DNA of 64,000 nt, from positions 43,233-107,232 of the forward strand of contig JBGSRK010000009.1 in assembly GCA_041737595.1 (NCBI GenBank), in the 5' to 3' direction. Below the pieces are notes generated by a model that worked only from the letters and a program-made list of their open reading frames with translations, was not told the DNA's origin and searched no databases. How positions within the stretch are numbered: the first letter of the stretch is position 1; each line of letters begins with the position of its first letter. Made by a program: the position numbers and the translations under genes. Origin of the DNA: Patescibacteria group bacterium (GTDB lineage Bacteria > Patescibacteriota > CPR2 > UBA1875). This document shows positions 20,294 to 29,818 of the stretch, piece by piece.

Positions 20294-21202
20294 TTATTTT
20301 AGGTTTTTTGGTTTTAAATTATAATCATTACGAATGTCTCGTTGCTTACCATCTATCTCTACTGTTGCCATTACAGGATCTTCAATTCCAATAGCGTATG
20401 CGAGTTTAACGAGTACTTCTTGAGCTTTTTCTTTCTTAAGTATTTCAAGAGCTATTTCCCTAGCTTTTTTGGCACCTGATCTATCTACCTTTGTGTAATC
20501 TTTACCAGAAAAAGCGCCGCCGCCAACAGGTATTTCTGGACCATAGGCGTCAACAACTATTTTTCTTCCCGTTAAACCTGTATCAGCTTCAAATCCACCA
20601 ACCGTAAATTCACCAGTTGGGTTAATAAGAATGTTTTTTGGTTTATATCTTTTTGCTAAATCATATAAAGGGGTTAAATCTTGGCCTTTTTTATGTTGTG
20701 CTGAGATAACAATGGTTTCTACTTCATTTTTTTTATTAATTGTAACTTGGCTCTTTGCGTCTGGACCGAAATTTTTAGGTAGTTCTTCTATAATTTTTTT
20801 AGCTAGATAATATTCTTGAGGTAAATATTCTTCATTATCAGAACAAGCGTAACCAATCATGATACCTTGGTCACCAGCACCTCCAGAATCTACCCCTAGC
20901 GCGATATTTGGACTTTGTTTAACTATATTTACTGTAATATCTAATTTATCTTTATATCCAATCGATTCATATTTATCTTGAGCTATTTTCTTTACATCTA
21001 CATCATGTTTAGATGTTATCTCACCCATAATATATAATTTGCCGTGTCCACCCATGCACTCTACAGCAACTCGGCTATCTTTGTCTTTTTCTAAATACGC
21101 GTCCAGAATTGCATCAGATATTGCATCACACATTTTATCTGGATGCCCAGCTGAAACATATTCAGCAGTTCTAATCCCTTTAGTAGTTACAAAATTCTTC
21201 AT
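20294..21202 (-). CDS. metK: S-adenosylmethionine synthetase (compact, ~303 aa)
   Basis: AEYVSAGHPDKMCDAISDAILDA; GGAGDQGIMIGYA; GGGAFSGKDYTKVDRSGA. Start ATG 21202..21200 has AAGGAG 5 nt upstream. Confidence 0.85.
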   Translation of the reverse strand: MKNFVTTKGIRTAEYVSAGHPDKMCDAISDAILDAYLEKDKDSRVAVECMGGHGKLYIMGEITSKHDVDVKKIAQDKYESIGYKDKLDITVNIVKQSPNIALGVDSGGAGDQGIMIGYACSDNEEYLPQEYYLAKKIIEELPKNFGPDAKSQVTINKKNEVETIVISAQHKKGQDLTPLYDLAKRYKPKNILINPTGEFTVGGFEADTGLTGRKIVVDAYGPEIPVGGGAFSGKDYTKVDRSGAKKAREIALEILKKEKAQEVLVKLAYAIGIEDPVMATVEIDGKQRDIRNDYNLKPKNLK

Positions 21203-21216
21203 TTTTTCTCCTTTTA

Positions 21217-21248
21217 AACAAAAAAATCTTTCCGTATGGAAAGACTTC
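21217..21248 (-). terminator. Attenuator terminator of the metK leader
   Basis: On the minus strand, AAGTCTTTCC-ATAC-GGAAAGATTT is followed by TTTTTG, immediately before the metK SD. Confidence 0.6.
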
Positions 21249-21261
21249 TTAACTTTAGTTA

Positions 21262-21358
21262 ATACTCGTATCTTCCCACTTTCGTGGCTGGATTTAGCAC
21301 CGTTGTTATCCGGTTGTTGGTAGATCACTGGGCCAGGTCCCTAACTACACTCTCAATA
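21262..21358 (-). promoter_or_regulatory. SAM-I (S-box) riboswitch aptamer upstream of metK
   Basis: Minus strand: UAUUGAGAGUGUAGUUAGGGACCUGGCCCAGUGAUCUACCAACAACCGG...GGUGCUAAAUCCAGCCACGAAAGUGGGAAGAUACGAGUA. This matches the S-box consensus blocks AGGGAC.UGGCCC..UGA, GCAACC, GGUGCUAAUUCC.GC and GAAAGAUGAG, with P1 UAUUG/CGAGUA. Confidence 0.7.
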
Positions 21359-21409
21359 TATTCCTTTGTATTAATATTATATCATATTAATTTTATAAAC
21401 CCCCTATAA

Positions 21410-22180
21410 TTATTTCCTATTTGGCAAAGGAATAAGAGGGCTCGTTTTCTTCTTGTATTCTTGCCAATGTGGCTTATTTTCAAAATGTTTTTCGGTGAGT
21501 GGAATACCAGAAACAAAAATAATAAGATAAGTGATAGTGATTGGGGTTATAATTGCCCAATAATTATTGGTGTTTAAAAAAACAAATATAAAAATACCCC
21601 ACCACATCGTAACTTCACCAAAATAATTTGGATGTCTAGAATATTTCCAAAGACCTCTGTCCATAATTTTGCCTTTATTATCAATCTCCGCAATAAAACC
21701 TTTTAACTGTGTATCGGCGATTGTTTCAAATATGAACCCAAATAGCCAAATAGCTACACCAATAAGAGAAAGTGAATTCCAGTTTTTATCACTTATAATT
21801 AAAAACATTGAGCTCATGCCCAATAAATACATTAGGAACCCCTGAAGTAAAAATACATATATATATGCTTTTAATTTTGGAAATTTTTTCCAATTGGCAC
21901 GCATTTCTAAATAACGGACATCTTCGGAAGAACTCTTGGCATGTCTCTTGTGAATATGATTAGACAGCCTATACCCCCAAATAAAAGTTAAGATCAATAA
22001 AATAATTGAGCCTAAAAAATAGTTTTTAGTTAAAAAAATAGCTGTTAGCACTATAAATGGTTGTGCCAACCCCCAAGCTTCATCGGCAACATCAAGACGC
22101 CCTATTTTTTGTCCATATATATACCACAAACTAGTATATATCAGTACAGCGAATGCAATAATTATAAAATATGAAAACAT
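21410..22180 (-). CDS. Membrane protein of the ICMT/PEMT/steroid-5-alpha-reductase-like (DUF1295) superfamily
   Basis: RHPNYFGEVTMWWG motif near the C-terminus; multiple TM helices. Start is probably MFSYF at 22180. Confidence 0.55.
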   Translation of the reverse strand: MFSYFIIIAFAVLIYTSLWYIYGQKIGRLDVADEAWGLAQPFIVLTAIFLTKNYFLGSIILLILTFIWGYRLSNHIHKRHAKSSSEDVRYLEMRANWKKFPKLKAYIYVFLLQGFLMYLLGMSSMFLIISDKNWNSLSLIGVAIWLFGFIFETIADTQLKGFIAEIDNKGKIMDRGLWKYSRHPNYFGEVTMWWGIFIFVFLNTNNYWAIITPITITYLIIFVSGIPLTEKHFENKPHWQEYKKKTSPLIPLPNRK

Positions 22181-22184
22181 ATTA

Positions 22185-22586
22185 TTAGAATAACTTTTTA
22201 CTAATAAAGTAAGAAATTGTTGCCACAACCCCTGTAAGTACACTACCCCAAACCATATCAACAAGGGTAATTGAGAGTGGCCAATTTTTCATGACTGCAT
22301 AGTTTGTCAGATCGTAGGTTGCATAAGCAAAAAAACCGAATAGCGCACCATAAAGAAGAACATGTTGCCAACCTTTATCTATGTTTGGTAAAACTGCAAA
22401 TATTAAAATCCCAACTATATAAATAAGATAAAAAATTATTGCAGCTAACCAGTTTGGTTGAGGGCTAAGACCTGGTATTGTTTTGAAATAGAAATCCTTT
22501 GCAATAACTCCTATCCAGAGCATGTCGATAGCAAAAAATATTGGAACCGTAGCTATATATAGCATTACTTCTTTGATATTTACCAC
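22185..22586 (-). CDS. Small 4-TM membrane protein (DUF2177-like), hypothetical
   Basis: Hydrophobic profile only. It lies 4 nt upstream of the next gene. Confidence 0.45.
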   Translation of the reverse strand: MVNIKEVMLYIATVPIFFAIDMLWIGVIAKDFYFKTIPGLSPQPNWLAAIIFYLIYIVGILIFAVLPNIDKGWQHVLLYGALFGFFAYATYDLTNYAVMKNWPLSITLVDMVWGSVLTGVVATISYFISKKLF

Positions 22587-22716
22587 CTTTCTTTACTATA
22601 TTTTAACATATTATATATATTAGATTGGAGAATTTGTGTCATTTATATAAATAGACCGATAAAATCGGCCTATTTCGTATGCGTTCCATTTGGCGAAGCG
22701 AGTAACGAAGATAATA

Positions 22717-23733
22717 TTAAGAATAATCCTTAATCAAAGATTTGATAATTTTAAATCTTTTTGTGTAATCTAGATAATATTGTTTGAGTTCTTTTGTGAG
22801 TTTACCATCTTTCTCATCATGATAAGCTTCAAAATATCTACCTTGATATCTTTTCTCAAGGGCATAATAAAACGACATTATTTTTTCTTCTTTATTAAGT
22901 TTTTTTATGGATTCATACCCATCAAAAAAAATTTCAATTTTTCTTTTACATGATTTTTTATTACCCCTTTTTAAGAGCACATGGAAAAACATCCCGATAT
23001 CTTCTGAAACTACGCTATGTCTAGTATCATCAAAATCAAAAATACCCGAAAGTTTATTGTGCAAAAATCTTAGATTCCCTTCATGCATATCAGAATGAAT
23101 TTGAAGTGTTGGTAATTTCTTAATAACTTTAGGATTAATAAATTTTTGGTAATAATTAATAATTGGTAGATATGAATGACTAATATCCTCATCTTTCACC
23201 TCTTGTTTTTTCCTCGCCGCATCAACCCACCAATTGTAATAGTTTAGGGCTCCATCTTTTTCTCGAATATATTTTGGTTTATAATTCAAGGTTAATTTAT
23301 GAATTTTAGCCATCCATTTTGCTAAATCTTTAATCTTTTCCTTATTAAACTTTTTGATTTTATCACCATATATATAATCAAAAAGGACAACAAAAAGATC
23401 ATATTGACCCAATCTAATCTTAGTAAATAACTTACCATTAGTAGTTTTATTAATATGAGCAACTAGTATTTTATGTTCAGACAAAAAGTTTAGAAAATTC
23501 AATTCATATAAAAGATGTTTTTTATCCCTAAAAACTCGACCATATTGTTTATCATTATAAATCCTAACTACATATTTCTTTTTGCTAATTTTAACTATTA
23601 TATTAATATTTTCATAACCTTGTTCTACTGGCGTAAAATTAAATTGAAAATCGCCAGAATAATAATTTTTTAAAATTTCATGTAATTTTTCTTTCGTTAC
23701 TAAATGGCCGTATTTATCTTTGAATCTTTCCAT
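22717..23733 (-). CDS. Phosphotransferase (APH/choline-kinase-like kinase fold)
   Basis: HSDMHEGNL (Brenner HxDxxxxN) and IFDFDD (DFG-like). Confidence 0.7.
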   Translation of the reverse strand: MERFKDKYGHLVTKEKLHEILKNYYSGDFQFNFTPVEQGYENINIIVKISKKKYVVRIYNDKQYGRVFRDKKHLLYELNFLNFLSEHKILVAHINKTTNGKLFTKIRLGQYDLFVVLFDYIYGDKIKKFNKEKIKDLAKWMAKIHKLTLNYKPKYIREKDGALNYYNWWVDAARKKQEVKDEDISHSYLPIINYYQKFINPKVIKKLPTLQIHSDMHEGNLRFLHNKLSGIFDFDDTRHSVVSEDIGMFFHVLLKRGNKKSCKRKIEIFFDGYESIKKLNKEEKIMSFYYALEKRYQGRYFEAYHDEKDGKLTKELKQYYLDYTKRFKIIKSLIKDYS

Positions 23734-23835
23734 ATATAAATCTTATCACAAATAGAGCTTAGTAGATTAGCACTTCTGGTAATTAATATATATAGGTTGA
23801 AAATTATTGATTACCTTTAAAACATTTAATTTTGT

Positions 23836-24669
23836 ATGTATATTTTTTTTAGATTTTTCACTAGAGGTATGTCCCATTTCTTCGAATCTATAAAGCTTGC
23901 ATTTTCTTGTAATAAGTCCTATAAACAGTCTATCAAACCATTAATCGAAAAAATTTATAACTGTATGTTTTTTAATCCAAAGAAGAAAAATGAATGGAAG
24001 TTTTGGGATTATAAAATGTCAAAAAAAGTTAGTGAAATTATTAAGGGAGGGGAATTTAAGGAAATAGAAGATCCGGTAGAAAAAAAGTTTTATTTTTGGT
24101 TATTAGAAGAATTGTCTAATGATATTAACTTTAATAAATTAAACACCCTTGAGTTAGGTGCAGGTTCTGGAGCTTTTTCCTATTATTTACAGAAGCGCTT
24201 CAGATGCTCGGTTACACTTTTAGATAATAGTAAAAATGCCATTAAATACGCAAAGTTACTAAACTATAGAGCAAAAATATTAGAAAAAGATGCTCGGCAG
24301 TCATTTGGTATCAGTAAATATAATTTTATTCATACAACTGGGTTACTTGAACACCTTAATGACAAAGATATAAAACAAATAATCAAAAACATTAAGCGAG
24401 CCTTAAAACCTAATGGTATAGCCTTCTTAGCAGTCCCAAATTATTTTAGCCCAGCATTAATAACACTATGGAAAATTCACGGCAAGGGTTCAGAAAGGTA
24501 TATAACAATAAGAGATCTTAAAAAATATATAAAATCTTATGGATTTAACTTGATTGCAGCTCGTCATTCGTATTTTAGTTTTGAAAAGATAACAAGATAT
24601 ATCTGGTTGGAGAAAATAATAGGTAGACTCGGTCTAGGCTTTTTAAATTATATTATTGTACAAAAATGA
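23836..24669 (+). CDS. Class I SAM-dependent methyltransferase
   Basis: LELGAGSGAFSYYL (motif I) ... LLDNS ... LKPNGIAFLAVP. Confidence 0.7.
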   Translation: MYIFFRFFTRGMSHFFESIKLAFSCNKSYKQSIKPLIEKIYNCMFFNPKKKNEWKFWDYKMSKKVSEIIKGGEFKEIEDPVEKKFYFWLLEELSNDINFNKLNTLELGAGSGAFSYYLQKRFRCSVTLLDNSKNAIKYAKLLNYRAKILEKDARQSFGISKYNFIHTTGLLEHLNDKDIKQIIKNIKRALKPNGIAFLAVPNYFSPALITLWKIHGKGSERYITIRDLKKYIKSYGFNLIAARHSYFSFEKITRYIWLEKIIGRLGLGFLNYIIVQK

Positions 24670-24946
24670 AAACCAATAACGAACATTCAAATTATTAAAA
24701 ACTTATATCTTGGTTACCAATTTATAATTTTTAAGGTTGAAAAATAATATAATGAGTTAGTTTATTTGTATTATTTGTAATTTTAGTTTAAAAGGAGAAT
24801 TATTATATGACTAGATAAAAAATAATTTCTGAAATGTTTATTACTAACCAAAAGATTAAAATGGCTATTTAATATATTATAGATTCTTATTGAATTTATT
24901 ACGATTATGGCTTATTATTAATGAAATATTAAAAAAAGGAAAAATC

Positions 24947-25963
24947 ATGTATATATATAATAAAAAATATTTCATTGTTACACTGGTTGTATTGGCTTTA
25001 TTCCTAATTACATGTATCGTATTTAATATTTATATGCCAAAAAAACAGACATCTAAAACAAAAATTAGAATTGGTTGGCAAACTCCTTGGGCTATTCAAG
25101 GACAAATAGCTCAAAGTTTAAAAAATACTGATTATTTATCAAAAAATAATCTAGAACCAGAGTTTACTGGTTTTGATTCTGGTGCTCCTCTTAATGAGGC
25201 TGCGTTAGCAGGTAAAGTAGATGTTATATTTACTGCGGATCAACCAGCCGCTACATTATTATCTAAAAGCAGTGACTGGGTAATTGTTTCGCGATTGATG
25301 TATAATAGGGTTTCTCTGTATGTACCACCAAAATCAAGTATTTTAAGCATATCTGATTTAAAAGGGAAAACAGTTGGTATGCCATTTGGGGCAGCGGCAC
25401 AGAGAATGGCTTATAAAGCAGAACAAGATATGGGGCTAAAACCAGGCATAGATGTGAAAAATGTAAACCTGGGAATCTATGAACAAAGTGATTTGGTAAA
25501 AAATTCTGAAGCAACTAATTGGGGCAACTTTGATGCCTTAGCAGGTTTTGATCCGACCCCAGCTGTATTTGAAGATAAGGGACTTATAAAGATGCTTAAA
25601 ACCGATACTGTTATTTCACTAGTACTTGTAAACAAAAAATATATTTCTGAAAATACTGACTCAGTTCGTAGTTTTCTAAAATCACTTAAGTCTAGTTATC
25701 TATTTTATGCACAAAATCAGGAAAAAGCTAACAAATGGTTTAAGGATGCTTCTAGACTAAATATCTCGGATAATGCACTAAAAATTTCTGCCTCTGTTGA
25801 ACCAAACTTAAAAGCAAAAAAAGAAAAAGATATAATACTTAATTTAAATGATAATGATTATAAAATAATGCAGGAAGCTGCAGACTTTTTATTCAATAAT
25901 GGTTTAATAAAAACTAAGGTTGATATGCGAGCTAATGTGAATTTAGATTATCTTACAAAGTAA
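24947..25963 (+). CDS. ABC transporter substrate-binding protein, NMT1/THI5-like (NitT/TauT family)
   Basis: N-terminal TM anchor, then IRIGWQTPWAIQGQIAQ...FDSGAPLNEAALAGKVDVIFTADQPA. Confidence 0.75.
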   Translation: MYIYNKKYFIVTLVVLALFLITCIVFNIYMPKKQTSKTKIRIGWQTPWAIQGQIAQSLKNTDYLSKNNLEPEFTGFDSGAPLNEAALAGKVDVIFTADQPAATLLSKSSDWVIVSRLMYNRVSLYVPPKSSILSISDLKGKTVGMPFGAAAQRMAYKAEQDMGLKPGIDVKNVNLGIYEQSDLVKNSEATNWGNFDALAGFDPTPAVFEDKGLIKMLKTDTVISLVLVNKKYISENTDSVRSFLKSLKSSYLFYAQNQEKANKWFKDASRLNISDNALKISASVEPNLKAKKEKDIILNLNDNDYKIMQEAADFLFNNGLIKTKVDMRANVNLDYLTK

Positions 25964-27081
25964 TGAAAAATATCCTACTTATTTCTATTGATTCTGTAAG
26001 AGCAGATGTAGCATATAATAGCAATCTACCTACATTAGATAATTTAGCAGCCGATGGTATAAAATACATTAATTGTATTTCCTCCTCTCCTCTTACCCCA
26101 GTTAGTCATGCGACTGTTTTGACTGGTTTACAACCATTTAACCACGGTGTCAGACATCTTTTTAAGGAAAAAATGAATGACAAAAGACCAACATTAGCAG
26201 AAATACTGAAATTAAATGGATATAAAACAAGAGCCATTGTCTCTTGTCCAGGGATGAATAGTTGGTACGGATTTTCTCGTGGTTTTGATATATACGATGA
26301 TGAAATCCCAAAATTAACAGACGGTTCTGATGCTCTACTTACTGTTGATGTTGAAAAAAGAGGGTTAGCAATGAAAAGAGCGAAAGACGTAGTTGATAGG
26401 GCTATTTCACATATAGATGAGTTAGATAACAACTTCTTTCTTTTTGTTCACTTTTTCGATGCGCACTGGCCTTACAACCCTCCTAAAAAATATGGTGGAA
26501 AAAATAAATACGAAGAGGAAGTATTTTATACTGATCATCATTTAGGTAGACTTATTAATCACCTTAAAGAGATTAATAAGTATAAAGATACTACTATTAT
26601 ATTATTCTCTGACCACGGGGAAGATCTTGGCGGATGGTATCCGAACGATAAAGCAGGAGATAAATATGGTAATCCAGACGAAAAAGGTCATGGTACACTA
26701 CTATATGATCAGACCATAATGACTGTTCTTATTATAAAAGACTCACGAATTAAAAAAAATCAGACTGTAATAGACCAAGTCAGGCTTGTTGATATTATGC
26801 CAACAATCTTAGATTTACTAGATATAAAAACTGATAATCAGTTTGATGGATTTAACCTTTTAAAGACAACTGAAGAGGAGGGAAAACAGCTACTAGGCTA
26901 TTCTGAGACTTTTTTCCCTGAAGAAATCAAAAGTGGTATTAGTAGAAAAAAATCATTCCGTTTAAATAATACTTATAAAGTCATTATTGGGTTAGATAAT
27001 GATGCAATTGAGTTTTATAACTTAATTGCTGACCCAAACGAGCAAAACAACATGTTTAAAACAATTGACAAAAATGCATAA
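25963..27081 (+). CDS. Alkaline-phosphatase-superfamily enzyme, nucleotide pyrophosphatase/phosphodiesterase (NPP)-like, cytoplasmic
   Basis: LLISIDSVRADV; LTPVSHATVLTGL (Thr nucleophile, T-x-P-x-H motif); FSDHGE. No signal peptide. Confidence 0.7.
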   Translation: MKNILLISIDSVRADVAYNSNLPTLDNLAADGIKYINCISSSPLTPVSHATVLTGLQPFNHGVRHLFKEKMNDKRPTLAEILKLNGYKTRAIVSCPGMNSWYGFSRGFDIYDDEIPKLTDGSDALLTVDVEKRGLAMKRAKDVVDRAISHIDELDNNFFLFVHFFDAHWPYNPPKKYGGKNKYEEEVFYTDHHLGRLINHLKEINKYKDTTIILFSDHGEDLGGWYPNDKAGDKYGNPDEKGHGTLLYDQTIMTVLIIKDSRIKKNQTVIDQVRLVDIMPTILDLLDIKTDNQFDGFNLLKTTEEEGKQLLGYSETFFPEEIKSGISRKKSFRLNNTYKVIIGLDNDAIEFYNLIADPNEQNNMFKTIDKNA

Positions 27082-27091
27082 GTTTGGTAGA
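27063..27091 (+). promoter_or_regulatory. Consensus sigma70-like promoter TTGACA-N17-TAGAAT for the high-GC hisS cassette
   Basis: TTGACA 27063..27068, a 17-nt spacer, then TAGAAT 27086..27091. It lies inside the 3' end of the NPP gene. Confidence 0.45.
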
Positions 27092-27148
27092 ATATGCCCT
27101 ACGAAGGCTCAGTGGGCTTTCGGGCCCCTTAAAAAGGAGAAGATTTAG

Positions 27149-28450
27149 ATGAATAAGAAAAGAGCAGGACTCCTTAGTGGGTTCTTGGATTTCCTTCCCG
27201 AGGTAGAGCTCATGAGAGAGGCCATGATCGATAAGGTTACTGGCGTCTTCAAGCTCTATGGGTATGGTCCCCAAGATACTCCCTGTCTGGAGTACGCCGA
27301 GACCTTGTTAGACAAGTATGGTGAGAACCAGAAGCTTGTCTACGAGTTCGAGGACAATGGTGGGCGAAAGGTTGCCCTGAGGTATGACCTGACCGTTCCG
27401 CTTTCACGTGTGGTGCCGTCCTATCCAAGTAAGATCAAGCTTCCATTCAAGCGCTACCAAGTAGGCAAGGTGTGGCGAGCAGATCGTCCTGGTAAAGGAC
27501 GTTTTCGCGAATTCATACAAGTAGATGCTGACACAATCGGCACGTCCTCGCCGCAGCTCGATTCTGAGCTTGTCATGGTTACACTTGATGTCATCGCCGC
27601 ACTGAAGCTCACAGCATATGTGAGGATCAACGATAAACGGATCCTCGACGCTCTGAGCAAAACATGTGGTCTGACCGAAGAGCAGAAGATACTTGTACTG
27701 CGCTCAATTGACAAGCTGGATAAGATCGGTCAAGACGCTGTAGTTGTCGAGATTAGCAAGATTGGCCTCGATGCTGAGAAGCTAGATATCGTACAGCAGT
27801 ATCTCGGCATCAACGGGATACCCCGTGAAGTCATCACCAGTCTTCGCGACTTGCTTCAGCCGTGTACTGAGCTTGACGAGGGATGCAAAGTTCTCGAGAC
27901 AGTATTCGAAACCGTCTTTGCGCTTGGCTACGATGCCAAGTCTCTGCGTATCGATCCATGTATCGCCCGAGGCCTCGACTACTACACGGGAGTCATCTTC
28001 GAGACCATGCTGGTTGATAACCCAGAATTCGGGAGTATCTGTTCCGGCGGACGTTACGACTCGATCGTCAAGGATGGCAATGGCAGAGTTTTGCCGGCGG
28101 CCGGTGTTTCAATCGGCCTAGATAGACTCTTTGCGGCCATGCTTGATCGGGATCAGCTTCCCAATGCGGAAGCAGTTGCGAGAGTCCTCATTACAAACAT
28201 GGGAGACTCTACTGCTCGGAAAGCAACAGAGATCGCCTCGTCACTCAGACGCGCCGGTATCTCTGTGCTTTACTACCCAGAAAAGGCCAAGCTCGCAAAA
28301 CAGCTTGGCTACGCATCCGACCTTAAGATCCCTTGGGCCCTTATCGTAGGTCCCGAAGAGATCGAAGCCGGTATGTACACCATCCGTTCTATGGTAGACC
28401 GTCAGCAGACAACCGTACCCCAGGATCAAATCATCAAATCACTCCGCTAG
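27149..28450 (+). CDS. hisS: Histidyl-tRNA synthetase, high-GC island copy
   Basis: GRFREFIQVDADTIG (motif 2/HisA), CSGGRYDSIV...AAGVSIGLDRL (motif 3), and a C-terminal anticodon-binding domain. GC ~56%. AAGGAG SD. Confidence 0.9.
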   Translation: MNKKRAGLLSGFLDFLPEVELMREAMIDKVTGVFKLYGYGPQDTPCLEYAETLLDKYGENQKLVYEFEDNGGRKVALRYDLTVPLSRVVPSYPSKIKLPFKRYQVGKVWRADRPGKGRFREFIQVDADTIGTSSPQLDSELVMVTLDVIAALKLTAYVRINDKRILDALSKTCGLTEEQKILVLRSIDKLDKIGQDAVVVEISKIGLDAEKLDIVQQYLGINGIPREVITSLRDLLQPCTELDEGCKVLETVFETVFALGYDAKSLRIDPCIARGLDYYTGVIFETMLVDNPEFGSICSGGRYDSIVKDGNGRVLPAAGVSIGLDRLFAAMLDRDQLPNAEAVARVLITNMGDSTARKATEIASSLRRAGISVLYYPEKAKLAKQLGYASDLKIPWALIVGPEEIEAGMYTIRSMVDRQQTTVPQDQIIKSLR

Positions 28451-28493
28451 ATCAGTGGGGCGGCTTCGCCGCCCCACTGATCTCAATCTTTTA
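28450..28493 (+). terminator. Strong terminator: 15-bp perfect hairpin GATCAGTGGGGCGGC-TTCG-GCCGCCCCACTGATC followed by TCAATCTTTT
   Basis: Seen directly. It overlaps the hisS stop codon and ends 8 nt before the permease start. Confidence 0.6.
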
Positions 28494-28500
28494 AACGAAA

Positions 28501-29136
28501 ATGATTATTTTAAATAACATATTAACATTATTTATTACAGATGGACTTGCCAGCCTTAGTCGGGTTTTTGTCGGTTTTTTTATTGCTATTATTCTAGGGG
28601 TAGGGCTAGGTACTATTACTTTTTATATAAAAGGGTATAGAAATATACTAAAATTAATTGCAGAATTTCTTAAGTCAATTCCACCCATAGCATGGATTCC
28701 TATTACTATTATGTTTTTAGGGCTTGGTTCGCAATCTGCGATATTTATAGTCTTTTTAGGTGGTTTCTTCCCTATTTTTCTTAATACAGCTTACGGCGTA
28801 ACTTCAATGCCAAAAAAATATACTGAAATATCAAAAAATTTCGGAGTAAATGGAGTATATTTTTATCATAAAATTCTCTTAGGCTATCTCATGCCATATA
28901 TATTAACAGGGCTAAAAATAGGGATAGGGATTGCCTGGACAAGTGTAATTGCCTCTGAAATGATAGGAGTTCAAAGTGGTCTTGGCTATTATATTCAGAT
29001 AAACAGACTTTTACTTAATACCCAGGAGGTAGTTACTGGCATGGTAATGATAGGCGTAATTGGTTACGGAATGACAAAGTTTGTTGAGAAAATTGAGAAG
29101 AAGTACTTAGTTTGGCAAGAGGCAAAGAATGCTTAG
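28501..29136 (+). CDS. ABC transporter permease (binding-protein-dependent inner membrane component, SsuC/TauC-like)
   Basis: EAA-like loop region and 6 TM helices. It is adjacent to the ATPase. Confidence 0.8.
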   Translation: MIILNNILTLFITDGLASLSRVFVGFFIAIILGVGLGTITFYIKGYRNILKLIAEFLKSIPPIAWIPITIMFLGLGSQSAIFIVFLGGFFPIFLNTAYGVTSMPKKYTEISKNFGVNGVYFYHKILLGYLMPYILTGLKIGIGIAWTSVIASEMIGVQSGLGYYIQINRLLLNTQEVVTGMVMIGVIGYGMTKFVEKIEKKYLVWQEAKNA

Positions 29137-29815
29137 ATTGGATAATGTTATTTTTAATAGAGGCGGCAAAAGAATACTTGAAAATATCAACATTCATATC
29201 AAAAAATCTGAAGTTGTGAGCATACTTGGACCATCGGGGATAGGGAAAACTACTCTTGCAAAGATTATGTCAGGTTTACTGAATCCTATTTCTGGTTCAG
29301 TATTTTTAGAGGGGAATATTCTGAAAACCCCTGTACCAACACTAGTATTATCTCACCAAGAATCAGATTTGTTTGATTGGTTGACGGTTGAGGAAAATGT
29401 AGGGTTAGTAGGTGGCAAGAAAAACGCAGAAAAATGGCTTAATATATTTGGTCTGGTTGAATACCGTAATAACTATCCAAAAACCCTCTCAGGTGGTATG
29501 AAAAAAAAAGTTTCACTAGCTAGAGCCGCAAGTGTAAATCCTTCTGTAATAATTTTAGACGAGCCGTTCTCTTCACTGGATGAAAAACAAAAAATAAAGT
29601 ATTATAAAGAATTTAAAAATTTAGCAAATCAAGAAGGAGTTGCAATTATTGTTGTGACTCACGACATAAACGAAGCATATAATTTTTCAAACAGAATTAT
29701 TTTTCTAGGTGGCAACCCTGCGACTATAATAGATGAAAAAATTCCGACCGGGGAAGAAAGTTCAAGTGAAAAAAGAGATTTAGTACTAAAAAATCTTGAG
29801 TCGATAGGAAAATGA
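29129..29815 (+). CDS. ABC transporter ATP-binding protein (SsuB/TauB-like)
   Basis: GPSGIGKTT; LSGGMKKKVSLARA; ILDEPFSSLD; THD H-loop. Confidence 0.85.
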   Translation: MLRLDNVIFNRGGKRILENINIHIKKSEVVSILGPSGIGKTTLAKIMSGLLNPISGSVFLEGNILKTPVPTLVLSHQESDLFDWLTVEENVGLVGGKKNAEKWLNIFGLVEYRNNYPKTLSGGMKKKVSLARAASVNPSVIILDEPFSSLDEKQKIKYYKEFKNLANQEGVAIIVVTHDINEAYNFSNRIIFLGGNPATIIDEKIPTGEESSSEKRDLVLKNLESIGK

Positions 29816-29818
29816 AAG

